DNA from: an uncultured Bacteroidia bacterium | GTDB lineage: Bacteria; Bacteroidota; Bacteroidia; Bacteroidales; UBA932 | Direction: 5' to 3' | NCBI GenBank assembly: GCA_902779765.1 | Contig: CACZCQ010000007.1 | Span: 114,138 to 178,137, forward strand | Length of the DNA stretch: 64,000 bases | Shown here: positions 29,556-39,101 of the stretch, piece by piece | Layout of the letters: each line of letters starts with the position of its first letter | How positions within the stretch are numbered: position 1 is the stretch's first letter | Translations under genes and position numbers: made by a program | Notes under the pieces: generated by a model | The model's input: the letters and a program-made list of their open reading frames with translations, nothing else | Told to the model about the DNA's origin: nothing | Databases searched by the model: none

Positions 29556-30764
29556 ATGAATATTCAGGACATAAGGAATATGTTTCCGGCGCTGTCACAG
29601 ACGGTCTATGGCAAACCGCTGGTTTATTTCGACAATGCAGCGACTTCTCAAAGGCTTGAATCCGTCGTACGCAGGATGGACAGACTCTCCCTGGGAACGA
29701 ATGCGAATATACATCGTGCCGTTCACAAGCTTGCCACGGAAGCGACCGAAGAATATGAAAGCACCCGCGATGCTGTCAGGGACTTTCTTAACGCCGGTTC
29801 TCGTGAAGAGATTGTATTTACCTCTGGCACAACGGCTTCCATCAATCTGGTGGCATATTCCTTCGGAGAGACGTTCGTCCACGAAGGGGACGAGATCATA
29901 GTCTCGGAAGAGGAACATCATTCCAATATCGTTCCCTGGCAACTGCTCTGTGAGAGAAAGGGAGCCATACTAAAGGTCCTGGGAATCGATGATGAAGGGC
30001 ACCTCAAAGTTGATGACCTTAAGGCACTGATCACATCGCGGACAAAGTTGGCATGCATAGCACATGTTTCCAATGTCCTGGGTATTGTAAATCCGGTTAA
30101 GGAGATTGTAAATATTTGTCATTCAGCGAGTTGTCCTGTATTGGTCGATGGTGCCCAGGGTATTGTGCACCAGAGGGTGGATGTCCGTGACCTCGATTGT
30201 GATTTCTATGCGTTTTCCGGTCATAAGATGTATGCGGCGACCGGCACCGGAGTCCTGTACGGCAAGAAAGAATGGCTCGACAGGATGGTTCCGTTCATGG
30301 GCGGGGGAGAGATGATTGAAACTGTCAAGTTCTCCGGAACCACCTATGCCCCTCTGCCCGGGAAATTCGAAGCGGGTACACAGAATATCAACGCCATTCC
30401 GACCCTCAAGGACGCGATCGCCTTCATGGGATTGCTTGAAGACAAGGAGTTGCAGGCCGAGATGAAAGAAGTAGAACAATTCTTGACGAGGGAATTGTCG
30501 TTGGTTTATGGGGTTCCACGTGGAACAGAAAAAAAGATACCGCTGTATTCATTTGTAGTGAAGGGTGCGCACCATGAGGACCTTGCCCTGATCCTGGATA
30601 AGATGGGAATAGCGGTCCGGTCAGGACAGATGTGTGCCGAACCGTTGATGGACCGGTTCGGTGTCACGGGAATGGTCAGAGTATCAATAGCTCCATACAA
30701 CACCCTCCAGGAGGCGGAGTATTTCATCAAATCACTTGACAAAGCTGTATCGATGCTTGTATAA
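29556..30764 (+). CDS. sufS: Cysteine desulfurase, SufS type
   Basis: YFDNAATSQ, EHHSNIVPW, FSGHKM (PLP Lys), RSGQMCA (catalytic Cys). Confidence 0.95.
   Translation: MNIQDIRNMFPALSQTVYGKPLVYFDNAATSQRLESVVRRMDRLSLGTNANIHRAVHKLATEATEEYESTRDAVRDFLNAGSREEIVFTSGTTASINLVAYSFGETFVHEGDEIIVSEEEHHSNIVPWQLLCERKGAILKVLGIDDEGHLKVDDLKALITSRTKLACIAHVSNVLGIVNPVKEIVNICHSASCPVLVDGAQGIVHQRVDVRDLDCDFYAFSGHKMYAATGTGVLYGKKEWLDRMVPFMGGGEMIETVKFSGTTYAPLPGKFEAGTQNINAIPTLKDAIAFMGLLEDKELQAEMKEVEQFLTRELSLVYGVPRGTEKKIPLYSFVVKGAHHEDLALILDKMGIAVRSGQMCAEPLMDRFGVTGMVRVSIAPYNTLQEAEYFIKSLDKAVSMLV
30512..30527. other. parS site inside sufS
   Basis: GGTTCCACGTGGAACA; 14-bp perfect core GTTCCACGTGGAAC. Confidence 0.75.
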
Positions 30765-30775
30765 TACAGATTGAA

Positions 30776-31561
30776 ATGAAGACATTGGAAGAAGCCAAAC
30801 AGGCTGTCATAGATGATTTTTCGATGTACGACGAGTGGCTCGACAAGTATGAGTATCTCATCGAGTTGGGCAAGAATCTCGAAGAATATCCGGAAGAAAG
30901 CAAAACCGAAGATAAATTAATAAAGGGCTGTCAATCAAGGGTTTGGCTTGATTCAAAAGTAGAGGACGGAAAGATTTGGTTCAAGGCTGACAGCGATGCG
31001 ATAATTACCAAGGGTATAATCTCCCTCTTGATAAGTGTTTATTCAGGAAGGGATCCGAAAGAAATAGCCGAAGATGATTTCGGTTTCATCAGCCAGATCG
31101 GCCTGAAGGAGAACCTGTCTCCGACAAGGGCCAACGGCCTGGTCTCAATGATCGCCAGGATAAAGGAACTCGCTGCAGAAATGGTAAAGGTCGAGGATAC
31201 CAAGAGTAATGGGCAGGAGGTTCTGACCGCTGAAGATGCAGCCGAACTCGCTCCTTTGTACGACAATGTGGTCCTGGCGATCAAGCAGGTATATGATCCG
31301 GAAATACCGGTGAACGTCTATGACCTCGGACTGATATATGAGCTTGTCATAAACAAGAAGCACGAGGCATATATCAAGATGACCTTCACGGCGCCGACCT
31401 GCCCGATGGCTGACGAGGTCCTTGCCGAAGTGAAGAAAAGTGTAGCCGATGTTCCGGGTATAACGGGCTGCGAGGTTGAGCTTACCTTTGAGCCACCGTG
31501 GGACCAGAGCATGCTTTCCGACGAAGCGAGAGTAGAACTTGGATTGGATTTAAACGATTGA
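30776..31561 (+). CDS. sufE: SufE-SufT (DUF59) fusion protein
   Basis: N-terminal IKGCQSRVW and LSPTRANGL (SufE); C-terminal VYDPEIPVNVYDLGLIY, TAPTCP, FEPPW (DUF59). Confidence 0.9.
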   Translation: MKTLEEAKQAVIDDFSMYDEWLDKYEYLIELGKNLEEYPEESKTEDKLIKGCQSRVWLDSKVEDGKIWFKADSDAIITKGIISLLISVYSGRDPKEIAEDDFGFISQIGLKENLSPTRANGLVSMIARIKELAAEMVKVEDTKSNGQEVLTAEDAAELAPLYDNVVLAIKQVYDPEIPVNVYDLGLIYELVINKKHEAYIKMTFTAPTCPMADEVLAEVKKSVADVPGITGCEVELTFEPPWDQSMLSDEARVELGLDLND

Positions 31562-31568
31562 TAATCAG

Positions 31569-32612
31569 ATGAAAAGAGCCTACACTTACATCATTCTAGC
31601 CCTCATCCTGGCTGTTGTTTCTGCAGTCGGATGCGTGTCGGTGAAGGATGCAGGAACGACAGTTCCCATCAACCTTATCATGGAGACCGACATAGGTAAC
31701 GACGTCGACGACGCCCTTGCGATGGATCTGCTTTATAAATATTCCGATGAGGGGCTTATCGACCTCAAGGCCGTCTGCATCAACAAGGAAGGCTCGGCTC
31801 CGGCGGAATTCACAGATATCCTGAACACCTGGTATGGATATCCCGATATTCCCATCGGTATCGTCCACAACGGTGCGGACTGCGAAACGGATGCGATCAA
31901 TTATGCCAAGGCAGTCGTGGACCTGAATGATGCCACCGGAGCACAATTATTCGTCCGTTCCAGGAACGGTTATGATGACCTTCCTGAAGCTCCGGTCCTG
32001 TACAGGAAGCTGTTGGCAGCCTCTGCCGACAGTTCCGTGACGATAGCTTCCGTTGGTTTTTCGACAAACCTTGCAAGGTTGCTGGATACCCCCGGAGACG
32101 GATATTCCGAACTTTCCGGGAAGGATCTGGTCGCCAGGAAGGTCAAGCTTCTCGTGACCATGGCGGGCAATTTCGAGGATGCCAACAATCATGAATACAA
32201 CATCGTGAAGGATATCCCGGCCGCTAAAAAAGTATTCGAAGAGTGGCCGACCCCGATAGTGACATCTCCTTTCGAGCTGGGAATAAAGGTCCAGTATCCG
32301 GCTACAAGCATCGAGAATGATTTCGGCTGGGCTGGCCCGCATCCTGTCGTGGAAGCCTACAAGGCTTATAAGAAAATGCCGTATGACCGTCCGACGTGGG
32401 ATCCTACCGCCGTCCTGTATGCCGTGGAAGGGGAGTCCTGGTTCAATGTTTCCGAACCGGGGTTCATTTCTGTGACAGATGAGGGTTCGACGCTTTTCAC
32501 TCCGGATGAAAACGGTACCAGGAGATATCTGTACGTGGACGATGCTCAGGCGGATGCCATCCGCGACCATTTCGTAAAGGTTATTTCTTCCGTTCCGGCC
32601 AAGAGACAATAA
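31569..32612 (+). CDS. Nucleoside hydrolase (IU-NH family) lipoprotein
   Basis: Lipobox AVG-C; ETDIGNDVDD, EYNIVKD, WDP motifs. Confidence 0.88.
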   Translation: MKRAYTYIILALILAVVSAVGCVSVKDAGTTVPINLIMETDIGNDVDDALAMDLLYKYSDEGLIDLKAVCINKEGSAPAEFTDILNTWYGYPDIPIGIVHNGADCETDAINYAKAVVDLNDATGAQLFVRSRNGYDDLPEAPVLYRKLLAASADSSVTIASVGFSTNLARLLDTPGDGYSELSGKDLVARKVKLLVTMAGNFEDANNHEYNIVKDIPAAKKVFEEWPTPIVTSPFELGIKVQYPATSIENDFGWAGPHPVVEAYKAYKKMPYDRPTWDPTAVLYAVEGESWFNVSEPGFISVTDEGSTLFTPDENGTRRYLYVDDAQADAIRDHFVKVISSVPAKRQ

Positions 32613-32627
32613 TAAATAATACCAGAT

Positions 32628-33527
32628 ATGAAAGGAAAGATCCTGGTGATAGGCAGCACCAACACCGATATGACTGCATTCTGCCCCAAGATGCCCGTTC
32701 CCGGAGAAACTGTCCTGGGCAATGATTTCACAATGGGCCCCGGAGGAAAGGGTGCCAACCAGGCGGTGGCTGCCAAACGGCTCGGCGGAGACGTTTCTTT
32801 CATCTGCAAGGTTGGAAAGGACATTTTCGGAGAGAATACCATAAGGCATTTCAAGGAAGAAGGACTGGATACCGCCGGAGTGATGATTTCGTCGAAACCC
32901 TCCGGTGTTGCCCTGATAACGGTTGACAAGGATGCTGAGAACTGCATCGTGGTAGCTTCCGGAGCCAACAACGACTACACGGAAGAAGATATCCGCAGCT
33001 GCTCGGACATGATTGACGGATGTGACATTCTCCTGATGCAGCTTGAGATTCCCGTTCCCGCAGTTCTGGAGGCCGCAAGGCTTGGACACAAGGCGGGAAA
33101 GTTCGTGGTCCTCAATCCTGCACCGGCCTGCGAGCTGCCGGAAGAGATATTCGGATATCTTTCATTGTTCATTCCCAATGAGACGGAGCTGGCCAAATAT
33201 TCCGGAATGGAGGTGAATGATGAACAATCTGCCGCAAAAGCAGCCAAGTGCCTGATGGACAAGGGAGTAGGCAATATCATCGTCACCATGGGCAGCAAGG
33301 GTTCGCTCATCTGTCAGGACGGAGGTTCCGTCTTCGTGAAGGCCAGGAAGGTAGAGGCCGTGGATACCACCGGAGCAGGGGACTGCTACTGCGGGGCGTT
33401 GTGTGTCGCCCTTTCCGAAGGCAGAAATCTGACAGAGGCGGCAGAATTCGCCACGAAGGCAGCTGCACAGTCCGTACGCAAGGCGGGCGCCCAGAATGCC
33501 ATGCCGTTCAGGAACGAAGTGGAATAA
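32628..33527 (+). CDS. rbsK: Ribokinase
   Basis: PGGKGANQAVA, PNETE, VDTTGAGDCY. Confidence 0.95.
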   Translation: MKGKILVIGSTNTDMTAFCPKMPVPGETVLGNDFTMGPGGKGANQAVAAKRLGGDVSFICKVGKDIFGENTIRHFKEEGLDTAGVMISSKPSGVALITVDKDAENCIVVASGANNDYTEEDIRSCSDMIDGCDILLMQLEIPVPAVLEAARLGHKAGKFVVLNPAPACELPEEIFGYLSLFIPNETELAKYSGMEVNDEQSAAKAAKCLMDKGVGNIIVTMGSKGSLICQDGGSVFVKARKVEAVDTTGAGDCYCGALCVALSEGRNLTEAAEFATKAAAQSVRKAGAQNAMPFRNEVE

Positions 33528-33543
33528 AAGACAGGTTACGGAT

Positions 33544-34617
33544 ATGGACAGAAGGGATTTTTTGAAGAATTCAGCTACTGCCGCCATAGCCGGGGCGGCA
33601 ATGGCCATCCCGGGAGTGGATGCGCTGGCTTCAGGGAATGCCGGGCCGGCGGACAAGACCCCTGCCGACGGCATAGCATACAGGCTTAAGTACAACAAGG
33701 ACGGAAAGATCAAGATTCTACAGTTCACGGATACCCATTATATCGAAGGAGACGAACGTTCCGAGCGTGCGCTCAGGAATGTCATCCAGATGCTGGACAC
33801 GGAGAAACCCGATTTCGTGATCCATACGGGGGATATTGTCTTCGGGAAGCCGGCGGAAGCCTCTGCAAGGCATATCCTGCAACCCCTGGTGGACAGGAAA
33901 ATCCCATTCGCCGTTGCCATGGGCAATCACGACAGTGACTACGACCTGACCAGGACCGAGATGTTCAAGGTCCTTCGCTCGATTCCGGGCAATGTCAACA
34001 CCATAGACGACGACGGAATATCCGGATGTTCCAATGACATCATAACTCTCTCAGGAAAGAACGGGGTGGACAGGATATTCTACCTGTTCGATTCCGGCAA
34101 CAGGGATGAGATCGCCGGTGTCAAGGGCTGGAGCTATGTCAAGCAGGACCAGATAGCATGGTACAAGAAACACAGCCGCAAATTCACCGAGGCAAACGGC
34201 GGTAAGCCTGTTCCGGCGCTCGCTTTCTTCCATATTCCGGTTCCTGAATACAAAGAGGCGATTAGGGATACTTCGAGGGTCATGATGGGCAATATCGGGG
34301 AAGAACCCGGTGCTCCCAAGTTCAATTCAGGCCTCTATCTGGCCATGAGGGAAATGGGCGATGTCCAGGGAATCGTGACCGGGCATGACCATAACAGCGA
34401 TTATGTGATGCTATGGCAGAAGTTCTTCCTGATTTACGGACGTTTCAGCGGTTGTGATACCGTATACAACGACCTGAAACCGAACGGGGCCCGTGTATTC
34501 GAGTTCACGGAAGGTGACGAGGGCTTCCGTACCTGGGTCAGACTCTACGGCGGCAAGGTGGAGCAGGACCTCTATCTCTATCCTGAAATGAAAAACCTCA
34601 CATCACCAAGACCATAA
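33544..34617 (+). CDS. Tat-exported calcineurin-like metallophosphoesterase
   Basis: MDRRDFLK twin-arginine signal; FTDTH, HTGD, GNHD, FFHIP, GHDH. Confidence 0.88.
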   Translation: MDRRDFLKNSATAAIAGAAMAIPGVDALASGNAGPADKTPADGIAYRLKYNKDGKIKILQFTDTHYIEGDERSERALRNVIQMLDTEKPDFVIHTGDIVFGKPAEASARHILQPLVDRKIPFAVAMGNHDSDYDLTRTEMFKVLRSIPGNVNTIDDDGISGCSNDIITLSGKNGVDRIFYLFDSGNRDEIAGVKGWSYVKQDQIAWYKKHSRKFTEANGGKPVPALAFFHIPVPEYKEAIRDTSRVMMGNIGEEPGAPKFNSGLYLAMREMGDVQGIVTGHDHNSDYVMLWQKFFLIYGRFSGCDTVYNDLKPNGARVFEFTEGDEGFRTWVRLYGGKVEQDLYLYPEMKNLTSPRP

Positions 34618-34629
34618 AACAATACTGAT

Positions 34630-36165
34630 ATGAAAAGAACCGTACTCATTTCACTGGCTGCCATGGCCCTGCTGGCCGTTGGCTGCGTTACCAAGAAGAC
34701 GGTGCCCGCTCCGACCGAGGTCACGATCACCAAGGAACAGCTTATGGACAAGATCAAGGGAGGCTGGGCAGGCCAGGCTATCGGATGTACCTATGGCGGT
34801 CCCACGGAATTCCGCTACAGTACGTTCATGAACAGGAATATCCCCATCATCTGGCCGGACCATCGTATCGAGTGGTACTATGACCATGCTCCCGGACTGT
34901 ACGACGATATCTACATGGACCTGACTTTCGTGGATGTATTTGAGAAAGAGGGACTTGATGCACCGATTGAATCCTTTGCGAAGGCTTTCTCCACTGCGGC
35001 ATATCCCCTTTGGCACGCAAACCAGGCCGCCCGGTACAACATCCAGCAAGGCATTATGCCCCCCGAGTCAGGATTCTGGAAGAACAATCCCCATTCGGAC
35101 GACATCGACTTCCAGATCGAGGCGGATTATGCCGGCCTGATGGCTCCCGGAATGCCGAATGCCGCAGTTCATTTTTCGGATGAGATCGGACATATGATGA
35201 ATTATGGCGACGGCTGGTACGGCGGTGTCTATGTCGCGGCCATGTATGCCCTGGCTTTCGTTTCAAACGATATCGATTATGTCGTCACCGAAGCTCTCAA
35301 GACGATTCCGGAGCAGAGCAAGTATTACAAGTGCATGGCAGATGTCATCCGCTGGCACAAGCAGTATCCGAACGACTGGGAAATCACCTGGGCGCTGGTC
35401 GAGAGGGAGTGGGGTTTCGACATCGGCTGCTCTGAAGGAGTATATGGAACCACGAATATCGATGCGGTCATCAACAGCGCATATATTCTCATGGGACTCC
35501 TTTACGGAGAGGGTGATTTCTACAAGACGATCGATGTCTCCACCCGCTGCGGAAAGGATTCTGACTGCAATCCGGCCTCCGCAGGAGGTATCCTGGGCGT
35601 GATGCTGGGTTACAGTGGTATTCCCGAATACTGGAAAAAGAATCTGTATGAGGTTGAGGACAGGAATTTCGCATATACCGATATCTCCCTCAACAAGGTC
35701 TACCAGATGTCCTACAACCAGGCTCTCAAGGTCATAGAAAGATATGACGGAAAAGTCGGAGAAGATGATGTCACCATCAGGCTTCAGACACCTGAAACAG
35801 TCCGCCTTGAGGAAGGATTCAAGGGACACTGGCCCATAAGCAAACAGGACCTGAGGAAACATATAGATGATTGCGGTGAACTTGAATTCACCGGAAACGG
35901 AGTCGTATTCACCTATCTGATGCCGATGGATCATTCGAACTATGCCGCCAGGGTCGAGATATACCTTGACGGCGAGCTTGACAGGACGATGGTCCTTCCC
36001 GCCCAGAACAACCGCAGGAGCCTTGACCTGTACTACAAGTATGACCTGCCTCTCGGCAACCATAAGGTGTCATTCAAGGTCCTTAATCCCGACAGGGTCC
36101 ATCCCATCGAGGTCCGCAGCATGATAGTTTACTCGGACAAGCCTGAACCGGTCCCGCATCAGTAG
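34630..36165 (+). CDS. ADP-ribosylglycohydrolase (DraG-like) family lipoprotein
   Basis: Lipobox AVG-C; DKIKGGWAGQAIG, DDIYMD, DSDCN. Confidence 0.82.
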   Translation: MKRTVLISLAAMALLAVGCVTKKTVPAPTEVTITKEQLMDKIKGGWAGQAIGCTYGGPTEFRYSTFMNRNIPIIWPDHRIEWYYDHAPGLYDDIYMDLTFVDVFEKEGLDAPIESFAKAFSTAAYPLWHANQAARYNIQQGIMPPESGFWKNNPHSDDIDFQIEADYAGLMAPGMPNAAVHFSDEIGHMMNYGDGWYGGVYVAAMYALAFVSNDIDYVVTEALKTIPEQSKYYKCMADVIRWHKQYPNDWEITWALVEREWGFDIGCSEGVYGTTNIDAVINSAYILMGLLYGEGDFYKTIDVSTRCGKDSDCNPASAGGILGVMLGYSGIPEYWKKNLYEVEDRNFAYTDISLNKVYQMSYNQALKVIERYDGKVGEDDVTIRLQTPETVRLEEGFKGHWPISKQDLRKHIDDCGELEFTGNGVVFTYLMPMDHSNYAARVEIYLDGELDRTMVLPAQNNRRSLDLYYKYDLPLGNHKVSFKVLNPDRVHPIEVRSMIVYSDKPEPVPHQ

Positions 36166-36169
36166 CATT

Positions 36170-37441
36170 ATGAAAAGACGGTCTTTTTTGAAAGGGTTGG
36201 CTGCTGCCGGAGTCGTGCTTCCAACCGGAGCCTGGTTCCCATCCTGTTCTGCGGACAAGCCGGAAGGATTATCCTGGGATTTTGACAAGGTTATCGACAG
36301 GTTCGGTTCCTGGAGCATCAAGTATGGCCGCCTGGAGGATCTCGGAGAAAAGGGATCCACGAAACTGTCGATGTGGATCGCGGACATGGATTTCATGACC
36401 GACCCGCTGGTATCCAAGGCCCTTCGGGACCGGGTGGACAATTATGTCCTCGGATATACCCGTACTCCCGTGGAATTCCTCGACTCTGTGGTTTCCTGGG
36501 AAAAGAGGATGCATGGTTACGATGTTGCAAGGGAGTGGGTAGCCCCTTGTCCTGGTGTGATAGCTTCACTTAACCAGGCTTACCTGACGTTCACCGAACC
36601 AGGAGACACGATTGTTCTCCAGACACCTGTCTACGACCATTTCAGGATATATATCGAGAAGATGGGAAGGATACCCGTAGAGAACCCTCTCATTGAGGAA
36701 AACGGTCACTACAGGATGGATTTCGACGGGCTGGAGAGAATCTTTGAGGAAGGATCCAAGGTACTTGTGCTGTGCAACCCTCAGAATCCGGTAGGTATCC
36801 TCTGGGATAAGGAAACCCTTTCAACGCTTGCCGGGATCTGTGAAAGGCACGGCGTTATGGTATTCTCGGACGAGATACATTCAGACCTCACCCTGCGTGG
36901 CAGGAAGCATATTCCTTTCTGCAGCGTAAGCGAGGCCGCCGCCCGAGTCGGCCTTATTTTCGGCAGCCCTACAAAGTCTTTCAACTTCGCAGGTCTGTCC
37001 GGAACGGCATGGTGCATAATCCCGGACAGGGAGAAGAGGGAAAAGCTGCTTGGGACGCTAGAAAAGTCCAAATTGGATGAACCGTCCATCATGTCCCTTA
37101 CCGCTACTATCGCTGCATATTCCCATGAACCGGTATGGCTTGACGCTGTTAAGGAATACATACAAGGCAATCTGGACCTTGTGTATGATTTCTTTAAGGA
37201 CAACGACTTAGGAATCAAGGCCGTCATGCCGGAAGCCTCCTTCCTGATCTGGCTGGACTGTCGTTCATTGGGCCTGTCCCAGGCTGAACTGATGAGCCGG
37301 TTCAGCGATGACGCAGGTATCATCCTCAACGACGGTATTTCGTACGGAACAGGTGGGGAAGGTTTCGTCAGGATGAATGTCGGATGTCCCCGGTCAGTCG
37401 TCGAGGAAGCCCTTTCGAGGATACGAAAAACCTTTGGTTGA
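36170..37441 (+). CDS. PatB/MalY-family PLP C-S lyase with a Tat-lipoprotein signal
   Basis: MKRRSFLK...FPS-C; MWIADMDF, LCNPQNPVG, SDEIHSD, SPTKSFN, FVRMNVGC. Confidence 0.88.
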   Translation: MKRRSFLKGLAAAGVVLPTGAWFPSCSADKPEGLSWDFDKVIDRFGSWSIKYGRLEDLGEKGSTKLSMWIADMDFMTDPLVSKALRDRVDNYVLGYTRTPVEFLDSVVSWEKRMHGYDVAREWVAPCPGVIASLNQAYLTFTEPGDTIVLQTPVYDHFRIYIEKMGRIPVENPLIEENGHYRMDFDGLERIFEEGSKVLVLCNPQNPVGILWDKETLSTLAGICERHGVMVFSDEIHSDLTLRGRKHIPFCSVSEAAARVGLIFGSPTKSFNFAGLSGTAWCIIPDREKREKLLGTLEKSKLDEPSIMSLTATIAAYSHEPVWLDAVKEYIQGNLDLVYDFFKDNDLGIKAVMPEASFLIWLDCRSLGLSQAELMSRFSDDAGIILNDGISYGTGGEGFVRMNVGCPRSVVEEALSRIRKTFG

Positions 37442-37451
37442 CCTGGAGGAC

Positions 37452-37964
37452 ATGGCTTATGTGAACATATATTTCTCCCTGGGGAGCAATCTCGGAGACA
37501 GGGAAGGCAACATCCTCGAGGCTTTGCGCCGGATGGATGATGCTTTCGGGGTCCATTATTCGGCTTTGTCAAAACTTATCGAGACGAAGCCGATGGGGTT
37601 CTCCGGGGGGAAGTTCCTTAATGCTGCCGTCCTTTACAGGGTTCCGATGCACCGGTTGCTGAGTGACGCTTCCGTGGACACGGAAAGGATTGAAGGCCCA
37701 GGGCTTGTCCTTGGAAAGATAAAGGAAATCGAGAGGTCGATGGGACGTACGGATCCTCCGGAATATGATGCCTCCGGAAAGCGGATTTACCATTCCCGCA
37801 TCATAGATATCGATATCCTCTTCTATGGGAGGGAAATAATTGATACTCCTGAACTTACAATCCCGCACAAGGATATTGCCTCCAGATCTTTCGTCTTTAT
37901 TCCACTGCGTGAAATCGCCCGTCCTTCACTTATAAACGCTTTCCCTGATATATTTAACCACTAA
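37452..37964 (+). CDS. folK: Hydroxymethyldihydropterin pyrophosphokinase
   Basis: SLGSNLGDR, FLNAAV, SRIIDIDIL, LTIPH. Start MAYV at 37452. Confidence 0.9.
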   Translation: MAYVNIYFSLGSNLGDREGNILEALRRMDDAFGVHYSALSKLIETKPMGFSGGKFLNAAVLYRVPMHRLLSDASVDTERIEGPGLVLGKIKEIERSMGRTDPPEYDASGKRIYHSRIIDIDILFYGREIIDTPELTIPHKDIASRSFVFIPLREIARPSLINAFPDIFNH

Positions 37965-37985
37965 CAAATAATAAAACCATCAACG

Positions 37986-38471
37986 ATGAAAAAGATCCTT
38001 ATGTTCACCCTTCTTGCAATGTGTGTCGCTGCCATTGCATCGTGTTCCAAGTACAATGTCGATTGCTCGGGAGATTGGTCCAACGCGGAAGACCGGTTGA
38101 GATACATTTCCGTTGACGACGACGGGTTCATGACAGAGTACTACCTGAGCGCCGAATACAAATATTCAAATGTCGCAAACTACGGCGTGACGGATTTTGT
38201 CACGTTTAAGGACGGTGTACTCCACATCTCGACGAAGGCCGTGACAACCAAGGACAATGACGGAGTCAAGGCCGGAACGGAAATCACGTTCAAGCCCCGT
38301 TGGGTCGTTACAAGCGACAAAGATACACAGATCAGGGACGGAATGGCGTTCTGGGGGACCGCAAAGGTCGGAGATGTGAAGAAAAAGGGCAAGAAACTAT
38401 TCCTGCCCAGCATAGGTGCCGGTCACGGAGCATACGAGTACGACAGGCTCAATAAGATAGAGATGGATTAG
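37986..38471 (+). CDS. Hypothetical lipoprotein
   Basis: Lipobox IAS-C; 161 aa; family not recognised. Confidence 0.7.
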   Translation: MKKILMFTLLAMCVAAIASCSKYNVDCSGDWSNAEDRLRYISVDDDGFMTEYYLSAEYKYSNVANYGVTDFVTFKDGVLHISTKAVTTKDNDGVKAGTEITFKPRWVVTSDKDTQIRDGMAFWGTAKVGDVKKKGKKLFLPSIGAGHGAYEYDRLNKIEMD

Positions 38472-38472
38472 T

Positions 38473-39099
38473 TTACCGGGCTTTCGTCAGGTAGATATTC
38501 CGGAATTCAATAGGACCTCCTTCGCTCTGGATGCCGATGTATCCCTCGGAGGCCTGGCATTTGGCCTCGTTCACGAGGACTCCGTTGAGCCAGGCTTTTA
38601 CGACTCCTTCCTTGCATTCGAAATCGAGGTCATTCCATTCCCCGAGAGGTTTTTCCGGGCTTTCTTCGACAAGCCTGGCCTTCCTGTAGAATGAAGGGCC
38701 CTCCACTCCTTCGATAGGGATTCCTCCCATGAGGAATCCCATATCTTTTGAAGTCATCTGGAACTGTATTCCCTGGGGCCATACCTTGTCGGCTCCCTGG
38801 AGGAAATGGAATACTCCTCCGTCTGCGCTTTCTTCCCCCGCCCAGCGCCATTCAAGATGGAGCTTATAGTTGGAGAATACCTTTTCCGTGCGGATATAGC
38901 CGAAGGGTGTTCCGGTAATGTATATCACGCCGTCCTTGGCGCTGAATGTAGACGGACCGGTTATGGCATCGGGGTCATCCCTGAGAACGGTCTTCCAACC
39001 GTCCAGGTTCTCTCCGTTGAACAGGTAGACTTTCCTGTCTGAGCAGGAAATAATCGTTACCGCGGCAAGGACCGCTGCCAGGAATGACCTTGTTTTCAC
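38473..39099 (-). CDS. DUF1080 (3-keto-disaccharide hydrolase) lipoprotein
   Basis: LFNGENLDGW, LHLEWRW, GEWN, GYIGIQSEG, FRNI. Confidence 0.88.
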   Translation of the reverse strand: MKTRSFLAAVLAAVTIISCSDRKVYLFNGENLDGWKTVLRDDPDAITGPSTFSAKDGVIYITGTPFGYIRTEKVFSNYKLHLEWRWAGEESADGGVFHFLQGADKVWPQGIQFQMTSKDMGFLMGGIPIEGVEGPSFYRKARLVEESPEKPLGEWNDLDFECKEGVVKAWLNGVLVNEAKCQASEGYIGIQSEGGPIEFRNIYLTKAR

Positions 39100-39101
39100 G
39101 A

